Positions 1 to 10,087 of a DNA stretch of 64,000 nt are shown piece after piece. The first letter of the stretch is position 1; each line of letters starts with the position of its first letter. This stretch comes from Rubripirellula sp. GTDB lineage: Bacteria; Planctomycetota; Planctomycetia; Pirellulales; Pirellulaceae. Where the stretch lies: the NCBI GenBank assembly GCA_049889895.1, contig JBMHCO010000058.1, forward strand, positions 116-64,115. Reading direction: 5' to 3'. The notes below the pieces were generated by a model, which saw only the letters and a program-made list of their open reading frames with translations, made no database searches and was not told the DNA's origin. The position numbers and the translations under genes were made by a program.

Positions 1-843
1 CTCGCAGAAGCCTTAACTGAGGCAGCCAACGCAAGCTCTGGCGAAGTCAAAGAGGTCCTTTGGTCGCTACAAAGTCTCTTTACCTTGGGAATGCTCGTGC
101 TATTGCAAGCAGTGCTTGGTTTTGACAACTTGCTGTATATCTCGATCGAGAGCAAACGAGTTCCTCAAGAGCAACAATCTTTGGTTCGCAAATCTGGGAT
201 TGGCTTAGCGATTGTTTTTCGCATCGCCTTACTTTTCGTTGTGGTCAATCTTGTTGACCGACTCCAAGGAACGTTCTTGTCGATCGAATCCAAACCATTT
301 TCCTTCAAACTCTCAGGTCATAGCCTCATTGTGATTGGTGGCGGGGCATTCATTTTGTGGACTGCGATCAAAGAGATCTACCACCTACTCGCTGTACCAG
401 ACATTTCAGAAGACCCGAGCAAAAAGCAAAAAAGCACGCTCGGAAAATCGATCACCATGATCGTGATCATGAATCTCGTCTTTTCGTTTGATTCGATTCT
501 CAGCGCAATGGCATTAACAAAACTGCTGTCGATCATGACGGTAGCAATCGTCATCAGCGGGCTTCTAATGATGACTTTGGCCGATAGCGTTGCAACTTTC
601 TTGCAAAAGAACCGTATGTACGAGGTTCTTGGCCTGTTCATTCTTTTTATCGTTGGAATCATGCTTGTCAGCGAAGGCGGACACCTCGCGGAGGTCCAAC
701 TCTTCGGCACTCACGTCACTCCCATGTCCAAAAGCACTTTCTACTTTGTTCTAATCGTGATGATCTTGGTTGATGTGGTACAGTCGCGATACCAGAAGAA
801 ATTGCTCGCGGAGCAGGATCGCCTTGTGAGCGACAAAACCTGA
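1..843 (+). CDS. TerC family integral membrane protein (5' end lies before the window)
   Basis: Frame +1 is open from base 1 (LAEALTEAANASSGEVKEVLWSLQSLFTLGMLVLLQAVLGFDNLLYISI). TerC motifs LGFDNLLYI and NLVFSFDSILSAMAL; multiple TM helices. Confidence 0.9.
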   Translation, partial: LAEALTEAANASSGEVKEVLWSLQSLFTLGMLVLLQAVLGFDNLLYISIESKRVPQEQQSLVRKSGIGLAIVFRIALLFVVVNLVDRLQGTFLSIESKPFSFKLSGHSLIVIGGGAFILWTAIKEIYHLLAVPDISEDPSKKQKSTLGKSITMIVIMNLVFSFDSILSAMALTKLLSIMTVAIVISGLLMMTLADSVATFLQKNRMYEVLGLFILFIVGIMLVSEGGHLAEVQLFGTHVTPMSKSTFYFVLIVMILVDVVQSRYQKKLLAEQDRLVSDKT

Positions 844-903
844 GCAGACACACTGCATCTAGAAATACAATTACCGCGAGAAATTGCTCAAAAGGATTCT
901 CAG

Positions 904-3900
904 CTAATCATCACCAAGCAAATCGATCGCTCGATCCACTTGCTGCTCTTCAAGATCAGACAACGATACAGAATGATCATTTTCGATCGCCCCACTTTGC
1001 AACAAGTCATTGGCAAATTGCTCAATGGTCAAGTCGACAGCAGGGGAATCCCAAGATACAGTCCCCGCGGTGAACTCTCCCTCTGCTACCGCTGAAAGAC
1101 TCCATCTGGAATCTCCTAGCTCCGAATCATCTTCAGACGGCGACCGAACGGAATCTTGATTGCCAGAAATCTCAGTTCCCGATTGGGGACTGTCGGTCGG
1201 AGATGCGATTGTCGGCGACTCCGCCTGGGCCTCATCCGAGTTGACTTGTTCACCTTCGCTGACCGCTTCACCCCTCAATCGCTGACGATTGATTTCATTA
1301 AGCACCAACAGAACATCGAGCGATGTGACTAATTGGTCTGCGTTAACGTCATAGGCGTAATCGTCATCCGTACGTCTGATGGGACCAGGCCCATAGACAT
1401 TCAAGTAATTGATGATGGCCAATGCATCGAGTGCTGTGACGCTACCATTTCGATCAACGTCGTAAGGATTCTCAAGATTGTGATGTGGATTTGCGTTCTC
1501 AGTGACCTCGATCACAAAAACTTCGGAAACCAAGTCAAAGACTTGCTCGCGATCCGAAACAGAGATCTCAATTTCAATCTCGGTCTGCGTATCACGCTCA
1601 ACCATTATCTGATCAAGCAATTTCAGAACGCCGTTGACCACTTCGAATCGGGAATCATTCACCGTCAAATCAAAGCGAGACGACGGAGACCCACCATCGA
1701 CCAGCACCGTCCCAACGATTGCTCCGAAGATATTTTCCGAGACATGGTTTCCTGAGAGGCTTAACCTTTGAGGCTGTTCGGGTACATCCATCACCTGCAC
1801 CAGCAGGGTCTCACGAACCGATACACTCGGGTCGTTTTCGCGAGTCGCGGTTACCACCAGAATAATCTCGGGTTCCGTTTCAAAATCGAGGTTAGCTCCT
1901 GCTTTCAGATAAAGGTGGTTCCCCTCAACTCGGAAACGGTCATCATGTACCTCCAAAATATGGTCACCGGCGTTGTAGGAATCCTGCACTGTCAGCAAAG
2001 TCAGCAGAACCTCCTCACTGTTCTCATCCACTCGAATCGCATCGGGATAAACCCTCAATTGAGGACCATCCGGGTCTTGCACTCTCAGTTGCAATGTCTC
2101 GTTGACGGAGCCTCCAGCATCCGGATCGAAGGCAGTGATCACCAAGTCGATGACGGTGTTTGTCTCAAAACTGATCTCACCACCGACAAATACAAGTTGC
2201 TCACCCACCACATCGAATCGTGAATCATCAACGACGAGGTGATGCTTCGTGGAATCAACGCCCGAAATCTGATCGGGATCTAAAACTCGGAAAGTACCGA
2301 CAATTGATCCCTGACTAATCGACTCGCTTACATCTGCCAGCATCCCCTGAATTCCACTCGGGAGATCTGCAACCGGCGTTACCTCGAATTGGACGGTTAC
2401 CGTTTCGGAGAGAGATGCACCATCGTGAACACGAAATTGAACCTCATCGACACCATAGAAATCTTGATTAGGCTCATAAGTAAGCGAACCGTCGAAACCG
2501 ATCAAAACGGTTCCATTCATTGCATGTCCCTGCTGAAGGACAATCAGTTCGTCGCCATCAGGATCGTATACCCCAGACATCAATTCGGAGGCACTGACGA
2601 CTAAGACGGAATCCTCTTGCAATGTCCAACTCAAATCTGCCGCGACTTCCGGTGGATAATTGTCTGAAAGAGGCACAACTCCGAAAGACAAATCGTCAAT
2701 CACTCCATCCGCTTCAACAGTTACCGTCAGTGAATCGGCATTGCGAAGATTGATTTCTAACAACCCATCAGCACCCAGAAGGAGCAGTGAACGGGAATCT
2801 TTCCAGATGAGATCGCGTATCTCGCCAACATCAGATAGATCCACGTCAAAACTGGCGAACGGTGCACTCCCCAACGCATCCCAAAGATCCAACCGATCGT
2901 GATCACTGCTGATGGTTGCTAGGCGTCCGTTAACTGAGTCGTATGCAATCGGCTCGGATACATTGCTGATCTGATTCAGCAATGCAAAATTTGAGTCAAC
3001 GTCGAACACAACAACAGAATCACTTGCATCCCGCGCAAGCAAGATGCCCGCTGCATCGTCGAATCCGAAAAAGCGATTCACGCTCGATAGCTGGTGCGTA
3101 GATCCCTCGATCACTTGCCCGAGCGAATCACTCCAAAGAGACACCGCGAAGTCACCCTCAACTTGCGAAGCCAAAACACTCCTTGGACCAGATGACGATG
3201 CCAAAACCATTGACCCAGTGGCAAGACTCGTGTCAGTCGCGACAATCGAAAACTCACCGGCATCCGAGTAGTCGATGAGGTGAACAATGGATTCACCCAC
3301 AGTCTCGCCCAACAGAATCCCTTGACCGTTTTGATCAATGGAAGACTGCCCCCAAGCAATCAAGGATTCTTCGACCGCTAGCCCCTGTTTCGTTACCGTT
3401 CCATCCGAAGGATTCAAAAGCCAGGAAGCTGCCTGCCCCTCACTGGCACCCAAAACCAAAAGCCTTCCGTCTGGCAGAAGATGAAAACGGTTCGCCGTAC
3501 CATCGAGGGCTACCTGACTTGTTTCGCTCTGCAGGAAGTCGCCAGATACAACCACTGCACCGTCTGAATCCTGCGAGCCGCTTGAATCAGCCGACCCTGT
3601 AGAAAGTGAAAACCAGTATTGATCTTGAGTAAGGATCGACTCCGCTTGGCTCTCACCGACCACAATCACACCAACATCAGCGGTCGCGGGGATCGTTTGA
3701 GATTGCCTTGCCCCACCGAGAAAAATCTCCAGCGAATATTCACCGGCATCAATGGCCTCGAACCGAAACTGACCATTGGAGTCAGAAAGAGCAATTGGTT
3801 CGGCAGCATCAAGAACTTGATTCTGGTTTAAATCTGCAAAAACAAGTCGGTTCGCGAGCCCAGCTTCATCAACTTCGCGGCGGAGAGTTTCGTTGGAATC

Positions 3901-4014
3901 ACCGAATATCTCCCCGGCAATCGCAGCCAGCACACAGCGATCGGTCAGTCGCTCGATAACAAGGCAACGACGAATTGCGTTTTGTCGTCTAGGTCGAAAA
4001 CGACGCTGCGCCAT
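904..4014 (-). CDS. Large planctomycete surface/extracellular protein: N-terminal planctomycete motif, SdrD-B-like domain, beta-propeller-like region, Ig/cadherin-like repeats, C-terminal dockerin
   Basis: N-terminus RRCLVIERLTDRCVLAA; IFGDSNETLRREVDEAGLANRLVFADLNQN (SdrD-B-like); NYPPEVAADLSWTLQEDSVL...DPDGDEL (Big_9/cadherin-like); dockerin DVDRNGSVTALDALAIINYLN...DVNADQLVTSLDVLLVLNEIN. Confidence 0.85.
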   Translation of the reverse strand: MAQRRFRPRRQNAIRRCLVIERLTDRCVLAAIAGEIFGDSNETLRREVDEAGLANRLVFADLNQNQVLDAAEPIALSDSNGQFRFEAIDAGEYSLEIFLGGARQSQTIPATADVGVIVVGESQAESILTQDQYWFSLSTGSADSSGSQDSDGAVVVSGDFLQSETSQVALDGTANRFHLLPDGRLLVLGASEGQAASWLLNPSDGTVTKQGLAVEESLIAWGQSSIDQNGQGILLGETVGESIVHLIDYSDAGEFSIVATDTSLATGSMVLASSSGPRSVLASQVEGDFAVSLWSDSLGQVIEGSTHQLSSVNRFFGFDDAAGILLARDASDSVVVFDVDSNFALLNQISNVSEPIAYDSVNGRLATISSDHDRLDLWDALGSAPFASFDVDLSDVGEIRDLIWKDSRSLLLLGADGLLEINLRNADSLTVTVEADGVIDDLSFGVVPLSDNYPPEVAADLSWTLQEDSVLVVSASELMSGVYDPDGDELIVLQQGHAMNGTVLIGFDGSLTYEPNQDFYGVDEVQFRVHDGASLSETVTVQFEVTPVADLPSGIQGMLADVSESISQGSIVGTFRVLDPDQISGVDSTKHHLVVDDSRFDVVGEQLVFVGGEISFETNTVIDLVITAFDPDAGGSVNETLQLRVQDPDGPQLRVYPDAIRVDENSEEVLLTLLTVQDSYNAGDHILEVHDDRFRVEGNHLYLKAGANLDFETEPEIILVVTATRENDPSVSVRETLLVQVMDVPEQPQRLSLSGNHVSENIFGAIVGTVLVDGGSPSSRFDLTVNDSRFEVVNGVLKLLDQIMVERDTQTEIEIEISVSDREQVFDLVSEVFVIEVTENANPHHNLENPYDVDRNGSVTALDALAIINYLNVYGPGPIRRTDDDYAYDVNADQLVTSLDVLLVLNEINRQRLRGEAVSEGEQVNSDEAQAESPTIASPTDSPQSGTEISGNQDSVRSPSEDDSELGDSRWSLSAVAEGEFTAGTVSWDSPAVDLTIEQFANDLLQSGAIENDHSVSLSDLEEQQVDRAIDLLGDD

Positions 4015-4543
4015 ACCAAAACCGCAAGTAAGGAAAGTGGATAAGTCGTATCAACGAGATCAATACGACCGATAGGGTTGGATCAGGCTACAGCTGAAAA
4101 GTTCCTCAAAAACCGTCCTAGCGAGGAAAAAACCATGCCTGGATGGCAAGATTCGAAAAAATCTTGTCCCACGGCCTCATGCGTACTGTCTATCATACGC
4201 TCGTTGACAGATTTTTCGCCTTCATTTTGTAGGAATTATCTTATCGCAATCCACAGGCCGCCTGCCGGTTTAACGCACTAATCGCCTGCGGTTCAACAAT
4301 TTGTCTTGTCGAGTTTGTAAATCCCCCGACAATGGCCGTGTCCCGAGCGATTTGCCCAAAGATGTTTGGGGATCATTTAGCGATGAAGGATTGTAAAAAC
4401 AGCGCAAAATCATTTACTGAGTTTGCTCTGAACTGAGTTCGACAACTGAAAAACCAAGTGTCCAGAACACACGGCGTGCAGTAGCTCGCTGTGACCGACC
4501 AACATTCACATTTTCAATTGCCTCACTTCAATTGACAAAAATC

Positions 4544-6568
4544 ATGAAACGATTTGCCCAGTTGATGATCCCCGTTTTTCTTGGGATTTCCTGTTCGGCT
4601 CGCCTCGAAGTTCATGCGCAAGGACTCAGTGGCGTTCCCCAGCGATTGGACGAAACGCTTGGACGACAACAGGTGGGAAATCAGCCATCGGGTAGTAGTC
4701 AACCTTCAAGCCAACAACGCCGCCAAGGCGGACCTGACCCGAGCTCTCTACCGGGGTACGGTGGCGGCTCGAGTGCCCCTCCAGGATCGGGCGGTTCTGG
4801 AGAGCAAATGCGTCGAGGCGGCGGGCCCGGTGCCGCACTTCCCGGATATGGAGCTGGTGGTTCTAGCTCTCCTCCGAGCGGCGGGCAGGGCATGAGAGGC
4901 TATCCGGGTGGCTCAAGCTCGCCACCCGGTTTAGGTAGCCCACAAGCGCCGGGACTCGGTGGACCACGAGGCATGGGGCCATCCGGGTCGGGCGGTGGAA
5001 GACAGGGATACGATCCTGGAATGGAAAGTGACCCCGATATGCAAATGCAAGGTGGCTACGGAGACGAGTATGGATACGGCGGACAAGGACAAGGCGTTGG
5101 TGGCCCAGCGGGAGGTGGAGGAATGAGTCCACTCGGCCCCGCTTTTGCATCGATGTTTGGTTCGATGGATCTGTCGCGACTGTTTTTTCCGTCACAGGAT
5201 ATCAACATCCAAGCAGGCCCAAAACTTAGAAACGAGGCAGAACAGGCGTTTCAAGCAGGCCACTACCCAATGGCTCTCGAGCTGATGTTCGCTCACATGG
5301 CGACCGAATACGACGACGCCAATGTTGACCTTCAAAATGTAAAATTCAGCACATTACTCAAACGCCCGGTTTGGAATGTGCGTTGGGGTGTATCGATCTC
5401 GGTGCGAGGCGATGATGTCGAAGACGCCTCACCAATCAAGGAAGGTGCCCGCCCCGCTCAAGGACTTGCATTTGGAGGCGGCCGTGGAGCTGGCCGCGGT
5501 GGTGTTGGAGACTTGGGCGGAGGCTATGAAGAGTCGATGGACCGCGATGAATTCGCGGGCGGTGATGAGCAGATGCAAATGCAGATGGAAATGGACATGC
5601 AGATGCAAGGTGAGATGGGAGGCTTCGGTGGGCTCGGTGTTCCGGGTGCACCCGGTGGTCGCGGTGGCGTCGCTGGTGCAGCACCTGCAGCTCCCAGCAT
5701 GCCGGAACGCAAAATGCTTTCCGATTCAGCAAAGCAAGAACTGAACCAGTATCTCGGCTTGGTCGAATCGGTTGTTGCTGATGAATTCAGTAAGCGATTC
5801 TCACAAGGCGATTTCGGTCCTCTGTTTACCACTGTCTCTGCACCGGTACAGATCGATTTACCGCAAACCAACGGATTCAATACCCAAGCAGCCCCTCCCG
5901 CTGCGGCACCTTCGATGAGCGTAGAACTCAATGACGCTTTGCTTGACGCCGGTGATCCTCTTCAACCCATGTGGTTACCAGGTATCTCTTATCTGGGGGA
6001 AGTGGATTCAAGCGAAACTGCACTCGAAATTGCAGAAGATCTACAGCTTGATCTCATTCTTCATTTCGATGTCAGTCTGAAACAGATCCGAGAAGGTTTG
6101 GTGCAGAATGTCTCACGTTGTCGCCTTCTACAAGTCTCACCTCCGGCGGATTCACAAGGTCGAAAGCGACACCTCCTTATCACATCTAAAGGGATGGACA
6201 ACATCGAATCTCAGCAACTTGCTGCGACCGACCGCATGACCGAGCGAGAATATGTCAATGAACAGCTCAACTCGCTTTGGAATCTAGTAGATCGAGACAT
6301 CAAAGTCGTCGATCTACCGCAACTTAGCGCAGAGGTCGCAAAACGCCGTATTTCTAGTCTGCTCTCCGGCCCGTCGAGTCGGTCACTTCGAACCTTAGCG
6401 GAAGTCCGCTATTACCAGTCAATGAACTTGATTGATGCAACGGACGTGGAACAACTCTTCCACATTGCTGGTGATCAAGACGGCTTGGTGCTCCTTTATG
6501 GCCCACTCGATCAACGAATCGAAATGAGCCGCAAATGGGCGGTAGAGGCGACTCGGCAAGAAGAATAG
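4544..6568 (+). CDS. Secreted Gly/Pro/Met-rich hypothetical protein with a folded C-terminal domain
   Basis: 678-aa ORF (track start 4532; ATG 4544 more likely). Signal-peptide-like MKRFAQLMIPVFLGISCSARLEVHAQ followed by two low-complexity tracts. Confidence 0.8.
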   Translation: MKRFAQLMIPVFLGISCSARLEVHAQGLSGVPQRLDETLGRQQVGNQPSGSSQPSSQQRRQGGPDPSSLPGYGGGSSAPPGSGGSGEQMRRGGGPGAALPGYGAGGSSSPPSGGQGMRGYPGGSSSPPGLGSPQAPGLGGPRGMGPSGSGGGRQGYDPGMESDPDMQMQGGYGDEYGYGGQGQGVGGPAGGGGMSPLGPAFASMFGSMDLSRLFFPSQDINIQAGPKLRNEAEQAFQAGHYPMALELMFAHMATEYDDANVDLQNVKFSTLLKRPVWNVRWGVSISVRGDDVEDASPIKEGARPAQGLAFGGGRGAGRGGVGDLGGGYEESMDRDEFAGGDEQMQMQMEMDMQMQGEMGGFGGLGVPGAPGGRGGVAGAAPAAPSMPERKMLSDSAKQELNQYLGLVESVVADEFSKRFSQGDFGPLFTTVSAPVQIDLPQTNGFNTQAAPPAAAPSMSVELNDALLDAGDPLQPMWLPGISYLGEVDSSETALEIAEDLQLDLILHFDVSLKQIREGLVQNVSRCRLLQVSPPADSQGRKRHLLITSKGMDNIESQQLAATDRMTEREYVNEQLNSLWNLVDRDIKVVDLPQLSAEVAKRRISSLLSGPSSRSLRTLAEVRYYQSMNLIDATDVEQLFHIAGDQDGLVLLYGPLDQRIEMSRKWAVEATRQEE

Positions 6569-6672
6569 CCCAATTGTCGCCTGATCATCTAACAAGGATA
6601 GAGTTCTCCTGAGACTCAATCGATTGATCACGACTGGCGTCGCAAATTAGAGCCAGATCAGAAGCTTTGGCA

Positions 6673-7722
6673 TCAGTCACGCGGGACTTGGATACTTCCG
6701 AGCAATCCGCGAAGCTCTTCATCAACGGAACGGCCTTCAATCTCCGCCTCAGCCGTTAACTGCACTCGGTGACGAAGGGCAGGAATGACGACGTCCACCA
6801 CATCATCGGGCACTGCGTAGTCGCGTCCATTGAACGCCGCCAAAGTGCGAGCACTTTGCATCAACGCCAATCCTGCACGTGGGCTCGCACCGAGGTGAAA
6901 AGATGGCCAATTACGTGTGGTTCGAACGATCTCATTGATATAGCCAACCAACGGATCCTCGATCAAAACCTTTCCGCACGCAGACATGACCTGAAGGATT
7001 AATTCGGGCGAAGCAACCGTCTTGACCTCTTTCTCGAGTCGATCATTGAGGTCGATCTGCAGGCTGTGCATTTTGAGAATTTCTGCTTCCTGCTCGGCAG
7101 TTGGGTAATCAACCTTGAGCTTGAACATAAAACGATCAAGCTGCGCCTCGGGCAGACTATAGGTTCCTTCGCTCTCCAGTGGATTCTGAGTCGCCATCAC
7201 CAAAAAGGGACGCGGCACCACATGGCTCGTTCCATCGACGGTGACTCGATATTCCTGCATGATTTCAAGTAGAGCCGCATGTGTCTTAGCGGGTGATCGG
7301 TTTATCTCGTCGGCGAGCAAAAACTGAGTGAACACGGGCCCGGCACGAAACTGAAACTCGGAGGTCTTCATGTCGTAGACAGGAGCCCCAGTGATGTCCG
7401 ACGGCATTAGATCAGCGGTGAATTGAATCCTGCCACAATCACACCCCAGAACTTTTCCAAGGGTTCTAACAAAGAGCGTCTTTCCCAACCCAGGAACCGA
7501 CTCGATTAGCACATGCCCGCCAGAGAATAGAGCCGTCAAAGTTCCTTGCACTAACTCATCCTGTCCAACGTACAGCTTAGACAATTCATTCGTGATCACC
7601 TCATAGAGCTGCTTGATTTTTAACAAAGTCTCTGGAGGGATCGCAGCGGAAACAGACGCACGCATCTCTTGCGGAGAACTTGCTGGAGGATTTCCACTGT
7701 TTTGTTGAGTTTCGTCGTTCAC
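6673..7722 (-). CDS. moxR: MoxR family AAA+ ATPase
   Basis: Walker A ESVPGLGKT, RIQFTADLMPSDITG, Walker B LLADEINR, ATQNPLESEGTYSLPEAQLDRF, GASPRA. Confidence 0.95.
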   Translation of the reverse strand: MNDETQQNSGNPPASSPQEMRASVSAAIPPETLLKIKQLYEVITNELSKLYVGQDELVQGTLTALFSGGHVLIESVPGLGKTLFVRTLGKVLGCDCGRIQFTADLMPSDITGAPVYDMKTSEFQFRAGPVFTQFLLADEINRSPAKTHAALLEIMQEYRVTVDGTSHVVPRPFLVMATQNPLESEGTYSLPEAQLDRFMFKLKVDYPTAEQEAEILKMHSLQIDLNDRLEKEVKTVASPELILQVMSACGKVLIEDPLVGYINEIVRTTRNWPSFHLGASPRAGLALMQSARTLAAFNGRDYAVPDDVVDVVIPALRHRVQLTAEAEIEGRSVDEELRGLLGSIQVPRD

Positions 7723-7871
7723 GGCCGAACCTGCGTGATAAATAAATGTTGAGCAGTCACCAGTCTAAGCAATGAAGCTTTACCTCTCTACCAATCGTCC
7801 GCAGTTACTTCGAACTTACACCTAAACGAGAGAGATCATGAGGGAAAACATCACGAGCAAAATCTAACTCT

Positions 7872-9242
7872 CTAAATATCCTCTGAAATATCCCCTGCTG
7901 CTTTATCGGTAGATGCACTAAGAACGTTAGCGTTATCAGCCTGCAGTGATTGGGCATACTCCTTTAACCTTCGACGAGCGTAAGTTTCACCTTTGGCTTT
8001 CTTGAGCAAAGCTCCAACAGCATCAAGGTGATGGCCGAAGTCAGATGGTGACTCTCGCTGAAGTTTTTTCGCGCGTCCAAGAATTGGAATCATGATCAAG
8101 CAGACCACTCCTCCGAGAAAAATCCCGTGCATTGTGATGAGACTTAGCGGCCATTCGGTCAACATCTCCATACCTGTTTTTACTGGACGCATCGAGACAT
8201 TATTTGCAACCGCTATCGGTACCCAGTCACTCTTTAGAAATCCAACCACGGGAGCGTCCTCCGTACTAGCACGACCCGAAAGAATAATTTCATCAGCAAG
8301 ACATCGATTCCAAGGTCTTGATAACGCGTAGTTGGTGAGCAGAGATCCGCCGGCAACCACCAAAATCTTAGAACTACCCCAGTTATTTGACCGAACCTGC
8401 ATCACGATGGGTTCCCGCCGACCGGTTTGCAGTAGTGGTTCAACGATCACTTTTGTTGTCGTGCGTGGCGCGCCCCAGTCGGCCATCAACTCTGAACCCT
8501 CCGCAGTGAGTGAGCCCGGCCCTGTTTCCCGAAACTGAATATCGCTGTTCCATGTTCCACCAACCTGTTGCGAGGAAGCCGTCTTTGGACTTGATGCCTG
8601 GACGCGATACTCGATGAAACTCGTGTGAGGTGATTCATAGGAAACACCGCCAGACGGAAACGAGGTGGGGGAATCAGCAATGGCAAGCATATCTTCCTCT
8701 TGCCCGAGCGAATTGTTTTCATCGAGCCACGGCCCTGTGAGTTCGCCAAAACTCTCGCCCCAATCCAAAGGCATCACCTCAAACCAGCCGTTGGCGTCCC
8801 ATGGTTTACGATTGAGACGCCACTGTAGTTGCTGGTTTTTCCCTCGAACTTCTCGACGACGATACTCAACCAATTGATCAGGCGGTGCTGACCCCGCAGC
8901 TCCCGACCAATAATCCACCTCGCTGCCACTGTCCGGCACGACAAAAACAAGCGTCCGGTCGCCTTGAGATAACCAAGACTCCATCCACTGGGTGACATTT
9001 TGTGAGATGGGATGAAAAACTTTCGGTGTCCAAACAATCACCTCTGTAGCTCGTACGCGATTGCTGAGCCGCGTGATATCGCGACTTCGATACCCCGCAT
9101 TTTCGTATGCCAAGCGATAACCAGCGAACCCATTCAAACTGGATTTTGCCACCGCTCCTCGCGATTCACCATACTCGGTTCTTAGGCGATCACATCCGCA
9201 CAAGCCGATCAAAAAAACGAACGCTATACTCCATCGGTTCAC
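7872..9242 (-). CDS. DUF4350-like domain membrane/lipoprotein
   Basis: Lipobox-like IGLCGC; SLNGFAGY; GSSKILVVAGGSLLTNYAL; C-terminal TM followed by DFGHHLDAVGALL; position in the operon is typical. Confidence 0.7.
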   Translation of the reverse strand: MNRWSIAFVFLIGLCGCDRLRTEYGESRGAVAKSSLNGFAGYRLAYENAGYRSRDITRLSNRVRATEVIVWTPKVFHPISQNVTQWMESWLSQGDRTLVFVVPDSGSEVDYWSGAAGSAPPDQLVEYRRREVRGKNQQLQWRLNRKPWDANGWFEVMPLDWGESFGELTGPWLDENNSLGQEEDMLAIADSPTSFPSGGVSYESPHTSFIEYRVQASSPKTASSQQVGGTWNSDIQFRETGPGSLTAEGSELMADWGAPRTTTKVIVEPLLQTGRREPIVMQVRSNNWGSSKILVVAGGSLLTNYALSRPWNRCLADEIILSGRASTEDAPVVGFLKSDWVPIAVANNVSMRPVKTGMEMLTEWPLSLITMHGIFLGGVVCLIMIPILGRAKKLQRESPSDFGHHLDAVGALLKKAKGETYARRRLKEYAQSLQADNANVLSASTDKAAGDISEDI

Positions 9243-10087
9243 CCTGCCACCTCCGTTCTTTGCGTCAACTGCCGCTCAAGCATCTCATTCTCCTGCCAGC
9301 AGCGAGTAAAATCAGACGCCTCAATGACCCTCCGGCCAAAGTAGCTGCTTTCAAACAATTTGATGACGCTCGCAAACCATTCCGAGACCTGCGGATCAGC
9401 AAATCGAGTTTCTTTCAAATACTGACGATTCGTTTTACCTCGATTCAAACGGAGACAAGCAGAACGATCGAGAATGAGTAATTGGTATGCAAAAAGGAGC
9501 ACAATCGCCTGCTCAAAATCACCTGACTGCATCATCCGCTCTGCTTCTGCGCGATAGTCTAGATTCTCTCGCTGTAATTCTTGAGGAAGATGCTGAACTC
9601 GCTCCAACAATCGCTCGTCGGAAGCCAAGGACTGATCAACCTTACGACGCCCCCCAGCTAATCCGTCCTTTCCCAAAATCCATGCGACCCAGACCCCAGT
9701 ACCAACCACCAACGCGGCAAGTAAGCACCAAGCGACTAGGTTGGTGTAGGTAAATGCCTTTCCAAAGAAATTGAAATCTGGAATCGCACTAGGGTTAGGT
9801 GCGTTAACTGATTTGGGTACCGGTTCAGCCTGAGGTAACCAATCGCTATCGCGATGAATGGAATCGTCCTGTGATGTTTTCACCTCAACAGCAACTACTC
9901 GATCAACTTCACCGTCATACCAAACCGAATCAGAAAGCACGTCCGAGGATGGCGACTGTACCACATCAGACGCAATCCCCTGACTCCCATCTGCTGCCGG
10001 CGTTCTGTGAGCAAGAGCAGCCATTAGGATGCACACACCAAGGCATCGCCAAAAGTGACACCAATGCCTAGAGATGCATGAGTTCAT
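9239..10087 (-). CDS. DUF4129 domain membrane protein
   Basis: EAERMMQSGDFEQAIVLLFAYQLLILD...GKTNRQYL...FESSYFGRR is the DUF4129 signature; one TM upstream. Confidence 0.85.
   Translation of the reverse strand: MNSCISRHWCHFWRCLGVCILMAALAHRTPAADGSQGIASDVVQSPSSDVLSDSVWYDGEVDRVVAVEVKTSQDDSIHRDSDWLPQAEPVPKSVNAPNPSAIPDFNFFGKAFTYTNLVAWCLLAALVVGTGVWVAWILGKDGLAGGRRKVDQSLASDERLLERVQHLPQELQRENLDYRAEAERMMQSGDFEQAIVLLFAYQLLILDRSACLRLNRGKTNRQYLKETRFADPQVSEWFASVIKLFESSYFGRRVIEASDFTRCWQENEMLERQLTQRTEVAG

Noticed and set aside
1333-3959. Series of plus-strand ORFs opposite the large surface protein
   Set aside because: Antisense shadows caused by codon bias; they have no starts with an RBS and no family motifs.
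4078-4281. 67-aa ORF in the divergent promoter region
   Set aside because: TTG start, no RBS and no motif; probably non-coding.
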